Below are positions 38,794 to 46,106 of a stretch of 64,000 nt of DNA, in pieces. The stretch's first letter is position 1. Each line of letters starts with the position of its first letter. The position numbers and the translations under genes are program-made. The notes under the pieces were generated by a model. It searched no databases, was not told where the DNA came from, and saw only the letters and a list, made by a program, of their open reading frames with translations. This DNA comes from Clostridia bacterium (lineage in GTDB: Bacteria > Bacillota > Clostridia > UBA1212), in NCBI GenBank assembly GCA_017461545.1, contig JAFTXP010000017.1:1008-65007 (forward strand), written 5' to 3'.

Positions 38794-41199
38794 ATGGCTG
38801 ATAAGTTTTTTGTAAATGCAAAACCGATATTTGTTCAGGCGGATAATAAAGAGCCTGTTGTTTCGTGCGGGTACAGAGCCGATTTTGAGGTTTCTTCTTG
38901 CAGTGAGAAATACAAACTGAATATCACAGGCAGGAGTTTTTACCGTTTGTATGTTAACGGTACTTTCGTGATGCACGGCCCTGCGCGAACTGCGAGAGGA
39001 TATCTCCGCGTAGACGAGATTGATTTGAGCGATTACATAAAGGTGGGAAAGAACATTATTGCGATAGAACAGATAAGCTTTGCAAATCCGTATAACGGTT
39101 ATTCGAATAATCAGACATTGGAGCCCGGTATAATTATTTTTGAAATATTTGACTCAAACGGTAAAAGCGTAGTCGCATCATCAAAAGATATATTCGCAGT
39201 GAGACTTAACAACCGTCATCAGAATGTCGAGAGAAGATCCCACTGCAGAGAAGCCGTGGAGATTTACGATATCGATAACACATATTTTGCGTGGAGAGAT
39301 ACAGACGATTTCAGCGGATTTGTAAAAGCGACAGAGATTGAATGTGATTTTAAACTTCTCCCGAGACGAATGTTCTATCCTGATATGACAAAAAGAAAAG
39401 GTGCAAAACTTGTTGAATTCGGTTCGTTTTCATATGAAGGAGAATATTCACTTAACTTTTATGAGTCGTGGAATGCTTCATTTTACGAAAATCCGGATGA
39501 CCACCTTCTTCGCGATTTAGTATTGACACGTGAACACGCAGGTAATGCAAAGGTTTTATACATAAAAGACGGTGTGAATCTTGTATCGAAGGGTAATTCG
39601 TATCTGAGCTACGACCTCGGCGAAAGTTTTGTAGGATTTGTCGGATTCACTGTTAAGACCGATAAAGATATAGTTATAGACCTTGTATGTACCGAGCTCA
39701 CAAAGCCTGACGGCACTATTATGTATGACTTTAACACAGGAACAAGACTTTACATAAAAGCAGGCGAGTATTCGTTCACACGTTTTGATCCGTGCATCGC
39801 AAGATATTTCAGATTCTATATCAAAGGCGAAGCTACGGTGTCAATAACCGATATTCACATTATTTCATATTCGTATCCTGATCTGAATGAGGGTAGTTTT
39901 ACATGCAGCGACGAAGATGTAAATAGGCTTTACAATGCTGCAAGAAAAACATTGATTTTAAATACTCTTGACATATTTATGGACTGTCCCGACAGAGAGC
40001 GCGGCGGCTGGCTTTGCGACTCCTTCTGGACTGCAAGAGCGGCGTCCGTGATGCTCGGTGACACAAGAGTTGAAAAAGCTTTTATCGAAAACTTTCTTCT
40101 GACTGACCCGGCGAATTACAACTACGGAATGTTCCCGTCGGTATATCCGAATTCAGTCGGCGCTTATCCGACTGATGAGATTTCAACATGGAGCTTCTGG
40201 CTTTTGGCGGAAATCGTTGAGTATGTAAAGCGTTCCGGTGATATCGATTTGGTAAAGGAGCACAGCGCGCGTATAGATGCGTTCATCGATGGAACTCTTA
40301 AGCTTCGAGGTGAGTCGGGACTCCTGGAAAATATTCCGATAGTATTTATCGACTGGTCACAGTCTAACTCTCCGGCAAATACTAAGCCGATAAATGTACC
40401 TGCAAACGCTCTGTTTGCTTACGCCGTCCGTGAATACGGAAAGCTTATGGGAGATTTAGCAAGAATTTCTGTTGCCGATGAAATGACTGCAATTCTCAGA
40501 AACGCAGTTCTCTCCGTATGCAACGAAAAGGAACGAATTCCGGACAGCCTGACATACAGTGACGGCAATTTTGCTGACAACGGCGTATATACCGAAGCGG
40601 CTCATTTTACGGCACTTTGGGCGGAACTTCTCGGAACCGATCTGTGCGGCGACATGAGAAAGCGCACAAATATGATAAAGCTGAATGTTGTTGATAAAAT
40701 GGGTCCGATGCCGAAATTTAAGGCGCATCCGAATATCGGAAAGAGCGGTCTTTTTATAGGAGACTGCGTGCGCTTTGACATGCTTGTTAAGCTCGGACGA
40801 ATTGAGACAATGTTTGATGAAATCAAATATCTGTTTTATCAGCAACTCAAGGAAGGTCCAGGTACTCTCTGGGAGAACGAAGTCATCGAAGCAACCAGCC
40901 GCTGCCACGGTTTCAATGCTCATATCGGCGTACATCTGACACGCGATATTTTGGGCATCAAGGAAGTTTCCGAAGCTGATAAGAAAATCACTATTGCGCC
41001 TCATCCTGCTGACCTCAGATGGGCGAGGGGAGTTATCAAGACAAACGAGGGTTGTGTGTCCGTTTCTTTCTCTTTCGACAACGGTCAGTTCGAGCTCAAA
41101 GTCACTGCTCCCGAATGCTACAGGTGTGAAGTAGAGCTTCCATCGTATGTAAAGGGCCTCGGAGAGGAAAATATAACAATTGATGTTTGTTATGTGTGA
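38794..41199 (+). CDS. GH78-like (alpha-L-rhamnosidase-related) six-hairpin glycoside hydrolase
   Basis: 801 aa. LDIFMDCPDRERGGWLCDSFW corresponds to the DCPxRER-GW-GD motif of the Bac_rhamnosid6H domain. No signal peptide. Confidence 0.65.
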   Translation: MADKFFVNAKPIFVQADNKEPVVSCGYRADFEVSSCSEKYKLNITGRSFYRLYVNGTFVMHGPARTARGYLRVDEIDLSDYIKVGKNIIAIEQISFANPYNGYSNNQTLEPGIIIFEIFDSNGKSVVASSKDIFAVRLNNRHQNVERRSHCREAVEIYDIDNTYFAWRDTDDFSGFVKATEIECDFKLLPRRMFYPDMTKRKGAKLVEFGSFSYEGEYSLNFYESWNASFYENPDDHLLRDLVLTREHAGNAKVLYIKDGVNLVSKGNSYLSYDLGESFVGFVGFTVKTDKDIVIDLVCTELTKPDGTIMYDFNTGTRLYIKAGEYSFTRFDPCIARYFRFYIKGEATVSITDIHIISYSYPDLNEGSFTCSDEDVNRLYNAARKTLILNTLDIFMDCPDRERGGWLCDSFWTARAASVMLGDTRVEKAFIENFLLTDPANYNYGMFPSVYPNSVGAYPTDEISTWSFWLLAEIVEYVKRSGDIDLVKEHSARIDAFIDGTLKLRGESGLLENIPIVFIDWSQSNSPANTKPINVPANALFAYAVREYGKLMGDLARISVADEMTAILRNAVLSVCNEKERIPDSLTYSDGNFADNGVYTEAAHFTALWAELLGTDLCGDMRKRTNMIKLNVVDKMGPMPKFKAHPNIGKSGLFIGDCVRFDMLVKLGRIETMFDEIKYLFYQQLKEGPGTLWENEVIEATSRCHGFNAHIGVHLTRDILGIKEVSEADKKITIAPHPADLRWARGVIKTNEGCVSVSFSFDNGQFELKVTAPECYRCEVELPSYVKGLGEENITIDVCYV

Positions 41200-41225
41200 T
41201 TGGGATTTATGCGAAAATTTGCAGT

Positions 41226-41254
41226 TTGACACAATTTTCTCAAAAGTGTAATAT
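41226..41254 (+). promoter_or_regulatory. Strong sigma-70-type promoter TTGACA-17-TAATAT (copy A)
   Basis: Consensus -35 with a 17-nt spacer. No ORF follows. An intrinsic terminator lies ~55-100 nt downstream. A near-identical copy is at 43408..43436. Confidence 0.6.
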
Positions 41255-41307
41255 AAATATACAAAGAAATGCTCAGCGAAAGCAGTCGTTTTCTTTGTGC
41301 TATTGGA

Positions 41308-41352
41308 CAATAATCGTCAACAGCTTTCAGAGGGTGTGTTGGCGATTATTTT
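41308..41352. terminator. Hairpin terminator shared by convergent transcripts
   Basis: aataatcgtcaaca / tgttggcgattatt 14-bp stem (one G-U pair) followed on the + strand by tttgcg. The 3' arm overlaps the stop of the minus-strand 26-aa ORF. Confidence 0.65.
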
Positions 41353-41426
41353 GCGTTATGTATGAGAAGAATCAGTAATAATTCTATTACAGTCAAAAGT
41401 ATCATGATTATTTCAAATTCTGTCAT
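41346..41426 (-). CDS. 26-aa hydrophobic peptide MTEFEIIMILLTVIELLLILLIHNAK (type I toxin / Hol-Tox-like candidate)
   Basis: Not in the ORF track because it is too short. SD ggaggtga is 8 nt upstream of the ATG. Single TM helix with a polar/basic C-terminus. Confidence 0.55.
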   Translation of the reverse strand: MTEFEIIMILLTVIELLLILLIHNAK

Positions 41427-41682
41427 GAACATCACCTCCCCGCGCATTTATGAAAATGCACAAAGGAAACAACCGCTGTATCTTTTCTGAAATAAAACTT
41501 CAATCTTTTTTATACTCAAAAAATTGGTAGCGACAGTAAACCGTTGTGAAGGCGTTTACAACTGAGCAGGTTTACGGAGCGTGATTTTTTTGCGAAAAGG
41601 ATGCGTGACGGAATGAATGAGTGATGATTTTTAATCATTACGAATGGTATCAAGTCCACTCCGACGCGGTAGCAGATTTCCA

Positions 41683-41887
41683 TAAATCTACACTCTTACC
41701 TCGGCTGTTTTTGCCATGATAGACAGTTGTTTTACAGTTTTATTGCAAACTGTAAAATCGATAGTGTATACTGTAAGACACAGTAAGATATTTTTCACAG
41801 TACATATTTTCTATAACTTTTATATTTCATACAGCTATAGATATCTTAACTTAAAAAGAGGGATATTTATGGTTGTTTTTCATGGCA
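41683..41887 (+). repeat. ~205-bp direct repeat, copy 1 (promoter/leader and first 6 codons of the DUF3990 gene)
   Basis: Near-identical to 43437..43642, with a few substitutions and a 1-nt indel. Contains the palindrome ttttacagttt-N6-aaactgtaaaa overlapping TTGCAA. Confidence 0.9.
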
Positions 41888-42348
41888 GCGATGTTGCTGT
41901 TGCATGTCCTGTTATTCTTACTCCGAAGCGACCGCTTGATTTCGGTGCGGGTTTTTATGTGACGGAGAGCAGGGAGCAGTCAGAGAGTTGGGCGAAGAAA
42001 GTTGCGATACGAAATTTTACGACAAAAAGAATAGTCAGCATTTATGACTTTGATGTTGAAGCTGCAGAGAAAAGTGTACATATTATTCGGTTTGATAATG
42101 TGGATAGTACTTGGTTAAACTTTATATGTAATAACAGAAAAGGTTTGACGGATTTTGAGTATGATATTGCGATAGGGCCGGTTGCCGATGATAAGGTGTA
42201 CAAGGTCGTAATAGAGTACGAAATCGGTATTATTGACGAGGCGCGTGCGATTAAAAGATTAAAGGCGGAAAAACTGTATAATCAGATTGTATTTCACACG
42301 GAAGATGCATTAAAATATGTAGAGTATATAACATCGGAGGTTTTATAA
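41869..42348 (+). CDS. DUF3990 domain protein
   Basis: MVVFHGSDV...PLDFGAGFYVTESREQSESWAKK...IGPVADDKVY is the DUF3990 pattern. SD aagaggga. The ORF-track start at 41716 is an upstream read-through of repeat DNA. Confidence 0.7.
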   Translation: MVVFHGSDVAVACPVILTPKRPLDFGAGFYVTESREQSESWAKKVAIRNFTTKRIVSIYDFDVEAAEKSVHIIRFDNVDSTWLNFICNNRKGLTDFEYDIAIGPVADDKVYKVVIEYEIGIIDEARAIKRLKAEKLYNQIVFHTEDALKYVEYITSEVL

Positions 42349-42353
42349 CAGCT

Positions 42354-42566
42354 ATGGAAGATATCCGTTTCGAAGTTCTTATGTATGACAAAACAGCAAA
42401 TGTGATAGATTTATTGATAGAAAAATACGGGTGGACTGAAAATGTTGCTATCGAACGGTTTACACAGTCGGAAGTCTATTCACTTTTAGAACGTCAAGAG
42501 ACCGGATTTTGGAAGCTTTCAGATACAGAGATTGCCGAGAAGTTCTTTGATGATTTTGATATTTGA
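42354..42566 (+). CDS. Small helical protein, DUF3791-like (uncertain)
   Basis: 70 aa, immediately after DUF3990. Layout is similar to the following DUF3791 protein. Confidence 0.45.
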   Translation: MEDIRFEVLMYDKTANVIDLLIEKYGWTENVAIERFTQSEVYSLLERQETGFWKLSDTEIAEKFFDDFDI

Positions 42567-42587
42567 TGTGTTTTTAGGGGGTAGATT

Positions 42588-42788
42588 ATGACTGATACAT
42601 TAGAATTTAAAGTGTTTTGTTTTGAAGCTTACCGCAACGAGAAAAAGATGACCGGCAGTGATGTTATGGAGTTGTTTAAAAAATACGGTGTGCTTGATTA
42701 TATAGACAAGTGCTTTGATGTGCTACACACGCAGGGTAGAGCATATTTGATTTATGATATTGATATGTATATTGAGGCGAGAAAATGA
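42588..42788 (+). CDS. DUF3791 domain protein
   Basis: FKVFCFEAYRNEKKMTGSDVMELFKKYGVLDYIDKCFDVLHTQGRAYLIYDIDMYI matches the DUF3791 consensus as remembered. Confidence 0.65.
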   Translation: MTDTLEFKVFCFEAYRNEKKMTGSDVMELFKKYGVLDYIDKCFDVLHTQGRAYLIYDIDMYIEARK

Positions 42789-43267
42789 ATTTGTCAAAGA
42801 AAACAATACTATTAACAGCTTTTAAACATACATCTGCGGATAAACTGATAAAAGATATATTGGACTTTGATACTTTATTTTTGCCAAATGACAAGATATT
42901 AGATTCACAAAAGACGATTGATTATATCTCAAAGAGAAAAGTTGACTACATCATAAGTATCGGTCAAAAGCCAAATATTAAAGATAAAGTTCATATTGAA
43001 ACTCTTGCTTCAAAAAAGACGTGCAATCTTTATACATCGTTTGATTATGAAAATCTTAAAATTCTATTTGAAAAGAATGGTCTAATGGCAAAACTTTCGA
43101 ATAATGCGGGAACATCCTATTGCAATGAGTTGTACTTTAATGGGTTATCTTATATTCAGAACATAAAAACGATGCAAATGATTTTCATTCACATTCCATA
43201 TGTGAAAAACATCAGCGATTTTACCGAATTCAAAAAACGGTTTATAAATACGATTCATGAACTGTAA
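42785..43267 (+). CDS. Peptidase C15 (pyroglutamyl-peptidase I)-like protein, divergent
   Basis: ILLTAFKH, VHIETLA (Glu), SNNAGTSYCNELYF (Cys) and MIFIHIPY (His) align with the C15 catalytic triad contexts. ATGA overlap with the previous gene. Confidence 0.55.
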   Translation: MNLSKKTILLTAFKHTSADKLIKDILDFDTLFLPNDKILDSQKTIDYISKRKVDYIISIGQKPNIKDKVHIETLASKKTCNLYTSFDYENLKILFEKNGLMAKLSNNAGTSYCNELYFNGLSYIQNIKTMQMIFIHIPYVKNISDFTEFKKRFINTIHEL

Positions 43268-43300
43268 GACTCGGTTTCGGTGTGAGTTTTCTTGAACATA

Positions 43301-43350
43301 AAATGATTATGAGTTGGTTATGAGGTGTAATCGACTCATAATCATTTTTT
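43301..43350 (+). terminator. Rho-independent terminator
   Basis: aaatgattatgagt / actcataatcattt 14-bp perfect stem followed by ttt. Confidence 0.75.
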
Positions 43351-43407
43351 ATGTTTTAGAAGTGCTTATTTGTTTTCTCACTTCTTTTCCCACTAACACA
43401 AAACGGA

Positions 43408-43436
43408 TTGACACAATTTTCTCGAAAGTGTAATAG
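43408..43436 (+). promoter_or_regulatory. Promoter TTGACA-17-TAATAG (copy B of 41226..41254)
   Basis: ttgacacaattttctcgaaagtgtaatag differs from copy A at 2-3 positions. It directly abuts repeat copy 2. Confidence 0.5.
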
Positions 43437-43642
43437 TAAATCTACACTCTTACCTCGGCTGTTTTTGCCATGATAGACAGTTGTTTTACAGTTTTGTTGC
43501 AAACTGTAAAATCGATAGTGTATACTGTAAGTCGCAGTAAGATATTTTTCACAGTACATATTTTCTATAACTTTTATATTTCATACAGCCATAGATATCT
43601 TAACTTAAAAGGGGGGGATATTTATGGTTGTTTTTCATGGCA
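43437..43642 (+). repeat. ~205-bp direct repeat, copy 2 (ends in a truncated DUF3990 start: MVVFHGKISFFNF*)
   Basis: Aligns with 41683..41887. Homology stops after catggca. Confidence 0.9.
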
Positions 43643-43737
43643 AAATAAGTTTTTTTAATTTTTAGAAAATAATTACGTGGAATTGTGTAAATTGTTCCTT
43701 TAAAAAGGTCTTGCATTGTATCAATAAGATATTGATA

Positions 43738-43770
43738 TTCTATGCATATTTTGATAAAATATGCATAGAA
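43738..43770. promoter_or_regulatory. Perfect 15-bp inverted repeat (putative TA autoregulatory operator)
   Basis: ttctatgcatatttt-gat-aaaatatgcatagaa sits between a TTGCAT-17-GATATT promoter and the antitoxin SD. Confidence 0.6.
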
Positions 43771-43790
43771 TAATTAAGGGAGGTAATTTT

Positions 43791-44063
43791 ATGGCAACTA
43801 TAAGACCGAGTTCTGATTTGAGAAACAAATATAATGAGATATCTGACTTTTGTAATCGTTATAATGAGCCTGTTTTTATAACTAAAAACGGCACGGGAGA
43901 TTTAGTTGTTCTATCAAATGCAGAATATGAACGACTTTGCGGTAAAGCAGAGTTGCACAGGCTTTTGGATGAGGGACTTTTTGATGTTAAAAACGCCGCC
44001 GGTCGTGAGGCGTCCGACGTTTTTTCTGACGTAGAGAGGAAGTTCGGCTTTGACGAAATATAA
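43791..44063 (+). CDS. Type II antitoxin (Phd/YefM-RelB-like)
   Basis: MATIRPSSDLRNKYNEISDFCNRYNEPVFITKNGTGDLVVLSNAEYERL is the classic antitoxin N-domain. SD gggagg. Confidence 0.8.
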   Translation: MATIRPSSDLRNKYNEISDFCNRYNEPVFITKNGTGDLVVLSNAEYERLCGKAELHRLLDEGLFDVKNAAGREASDVFSDVERKFGFDEI

Positions 44064-44364
44064 AATAATTATAGAAAAAAGTGCTGAGAAGGATTTGAAT
44101 GATATTATTGTGTATATCGGAGAGATACTTCATGAACCTGATATCGCTATGAAAATTTATTTTTCAATAAAAATAAAGATTTTATCTTTAAAAGAGTTGC
44201 CGCTCAGATATGCTTTGATAAAAGATGAACCGTATTGTTCTATGGGAGTAAGACGAATTCCTGCTGAAAACTATACTGTTTTTTATGTTGTTGATGAAGC
44301 CGGCCGTACAGTACATATTTTTCGAATATTGCATATTCGCAGAGAGTGGAAAAGTTTGCTGTAA
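44050..44364 (+). CDS. Type II toxin, RelE/ParE family
   Basis: TTG start overlapping the antitoxin by 14 nt. IIIEKSAEKDLNDII...YTVFYVVDEAGRTVHIFRILHIRR is the ParE/RelE layout. Confidence 0.75.
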   Translation: MTKYKIIIEKSAEKDLNDIIVYIGEILHEPDIAMKIYFSIKIKILSLKELPLRYALIKDEPYCSMGVRRIPAENYTVFYVVDEAGRTVHIFRILHIRREWKSLL

Positions 44365-44423
44365 TGCATAAATTGGTTTTGTTGATTTATGAGTTTTGAA
44401 GATTTAATATGATATGTAATTTT

Positions 44424-44471
44424 AACCGCGAAACTTTTTGTTTTTTTGATGTTTCGCGGTTCTTTTTTTTT
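44424..44471 (+). terminator. Rho-independent terminator
   Basis: aaccgcgaaac / gtttcgcggtt stem followed by a 10-nt T-run. Confidence 0.8.
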
Positions 44472-44485
44472 CGTCACAAAACCGA

Positions 44486-44513
44486 TTGACACATCCCCGT
44501 TATCTGTTATAAT
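44486..44513 (+). promoter_or_regulatory. Promoter TTGACA-16-(TGt)TATAAT of the zur-znu operon
   Basis: Consensus -35, extended -10 tgttataat. Confidence 0.7.
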
Positions 44514-44514
44514 G

Positions 44515-44535
44515 ATTTGCGAATCGTTCGCAAAT
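44515..44535. promoter_or_regulatory. 21-bp palindrome ATTTGCGAA-TCG-TTCGCAAAT (candidate Fur-family/Zur operator)
   Basis: Perfect 9-3-9 inverted repeat starting 2 nt after the -10 hexamer, so it covers the likely TSS. Confidence 0.5.
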
Positions 44536-44630
44536 TGGAACGTGCATATTTGCAAATTGGGGCGGTCTCATATGCAAATTCGGCACAGGCCATTCGCAAA
44601 TTTTGTTTGCGATTTGCAAATGACCGCTTA
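44521..44630 (+). repeat. Five phased GCAAAT-containing direct repeats (period 22, 22, 22, 20 bp)
   Basis: GCAAAT starts at 44530, 44552, 44574, 44596 and 44616, in contexts ttcGCAAATTgg, tttGCAAATTgg, tatGCAAATTcgg, ttcGCAAATTtt and tttGCAAATga. Confidence 0.8.
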
Positions 44631-44690
44631 CTTAATTCTTTCAAACCGGCACATTCGGTTCAGTCATTAATTCATTCGGGGTTTTCTTTT

Positions 44691-45098
44691 ATGCGAGAAT
44701 ACATGACGGAGCAGCGTAAGGTGTTGCTTTCCTTTTTAAAAGAGAATACGGACAGGCAGTTTTCCATAGAGGAGATTTGCGAAGGCGTAAATCAAGGCGG
44801 CGGTCACGATATAAGTCTCAGCGCCGTTTACAGAAATATTGCAAAGCTTGTGGAGGACGGTCATGTCAGACGGTTTATGCGTGACGGCAGCAGGACGGCG
44901 GTGTATCAGTACATTCATTGCCGCAATTGCGAAAAGCATTTGCATATGAAGTGTGTTAAATGCAGCAAGATTCTGCACATGGACGATGAGGCGACGGAGA
45001 CGATGCTCGTTGCCGCTATGAAGAAGAACAACTTTAAGATTGACGAGAGAAAAACAATGCTGTACGGCGTGTGCGACAGTTGCAGTGAGGATATTTAA
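44691..45098 (+). CDS. zur: Fur-family metalloregulator (probably Zur)
   Basis: RQFSIEEI...LSAVYRNIAKLVEDGHV (wHTH) and HCRNCEKHLHMKC..C...CDSC (structural Zn sites). Directly precedes znuACB-like genes. The start at 44691 is uncertain. Confidence 0.75.
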   Translation: MREYMTEQRKVLLSFLKENTDRQFSIEEICEGVNQGGGHDISLSAVYRNIAKLVEDGHVRRFMRDGSRTAVYQYIHCRNCEKHLHMKCVKCSKILHMDDEATETMLVAAMKKNNFKIDERKTMLYGVCDSCSEDI

Positions 45099-46088
45099 AT
45101 GTTAAAGGCTATGAAAAATAAATTGAAAAAGATTGTTGCATTGGTAGTTGTGATTGTCACGGTGCTTTCGGTGTTTGCAGGGTGCGGCTCCCAAAACGAA
45201 GATGACGGCGTGTTGAATATTCTTTGCAGTTTTTTTCCGGCGTATGATTGGGTGCGGGAGATTACAGCAGGCGCACAAAATGTGAAAGTTGAACTTTTGG
45301 TTGAAAGCGGTGCTGATATGCACAGCTATCAGGCGACCGCGGCAGATCTTGTTAAGATTGCTTCGTGTGATGTTTTCGTATATGTTGGCGGCGTTTCGGA
45401 CGGTTGGGTAGAAGATGCTCTCGAAAGTGCGCCATCTGATCATAGGACAGTACTTAATTTTATGGCGCTTTTGCCGGAGGATAGAAAACTCTGCGCGAGC
45501 GAGGATGAGTTGCATGAACACGATCATGAACACGACCACGCGGAGAAAGATGCTTATGACGAGCACCTGTGGCTTTCACTTAAAAATGCAGAGATACTAT
45601 GTGAAAAGATTTCCGGAAAGCTTGCGGAAATTGATCCGGCAAATTCAGAAAAGTATGTTGCAAATACGAGTGAGTATTGCGAAAAACTGAAAACACTTGA
45701 CGGAGAATACGAAAAAACTGTTGCAGCGGCAGAAAACAATACGCTCATATTCGGCGGCAGATTTCCTTTTACATATTTATTGAATGATTACGGACTCGAG
45801 CATTATTCGGCGTTCGGCGGATGCTCGGCAGAGAGCGAAGCGAGCTTTGAAACGATAATATTCCTTGCGGGAAAAGTTGATGAGCTTGGTGTTTCGGCTG
45901 TTATGTCGGTAAAAGGTGACACGGATTCGATTGCGAAAACCGTTGTTGAGAACACGAAAAATAAGAATCAGCAGATAATAGAGCTTGATTCGATGCAGTC
46001 GGTGACAAAGAAAGATATTGACGGCGGCGCAACATATTTAAAAAATATGCAGGAAAATCTGACTGCCTTGGAAAAGGCACTCGGTTAA
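45099..46088 (+). CDS. znuA: Zinc ABC transporter substrate-binding lipoprotein (ZnuA/AdcA-like)
   Basis: Lipobox VFAGCGS. ZinT/TroA-type fold motifs. His/Asp/Glu-rich loop ELHEHDHEHDHAEKDAYDEHLW, typical of Zn-specific SBPs. Confidence 0.85.
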   Translation: MLKAMKNKLKKIVALVVVIVTVLSVFAGCGSQNEDDGVLNILCSFFPAYDWVREITAGAQNVKVELLVESGADMHSYQATAADLVKIASCDVFVYVGGVSDGWVEDALESAPSDHRTVLNFMALLPEDRKLCASEDELHEHDHEHDHAEKDAYDEHLWLSLKNAEILCEKISGKLAEIDPANSEKYVANTSEYCEKLKTLDGEYEKTVAAAENNTLIFGGRFPFTYLLNDYGLEHYSAFGGCSAESEASFETIIFLAGKVDELGVSAVMSVKGDTDSIAKTVVENTKNKNQQIIELDSMQSVTKKDIDGGATYLKNMQENLTALEKALG

Positions 46089-46106
46089 TGATATACGGAG
46101 GTTTTA

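Noticed and set aside
40456-41310. 284-aa minus-strand ORF overlapping the 3' end of the GH78-like gene
   Set aside because: It is antisense to a long ORF with a clear DCPDRER-GW motif. Its start would lie inside the promoter/terminator region at 41.2-41.3 kb, and it resembles no family.
41716-41868. N-terminal extension of the DUF3990 ORF, and the 62-aa ORF 43470..43658 (both begin MIDSCFTVLLQTVKSIVYTV...)
   Set aside because: Both are translations of the ~205-bp leader repeat, which contains promoter- and operator-like elements. The real start at 41869 has its own SD, and the second copy ends after a few DUF3990 codons.
43356-43559. 67-aa minus-strand ORF
   Set aside because: It spans the promoter copy and the leader repeat in antisense. 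No SD and no family.
44517-44690. 5' extension of the zur ORF (MRIVRKLERAYLQIGAVSYANSAQAIRKFCLRFAND...)
   Set aside because: This segment is the phased GCAAAT repeat array right after the promoter. Fur-family proteins are ~135-150 aa, consistent with a start near 44691.
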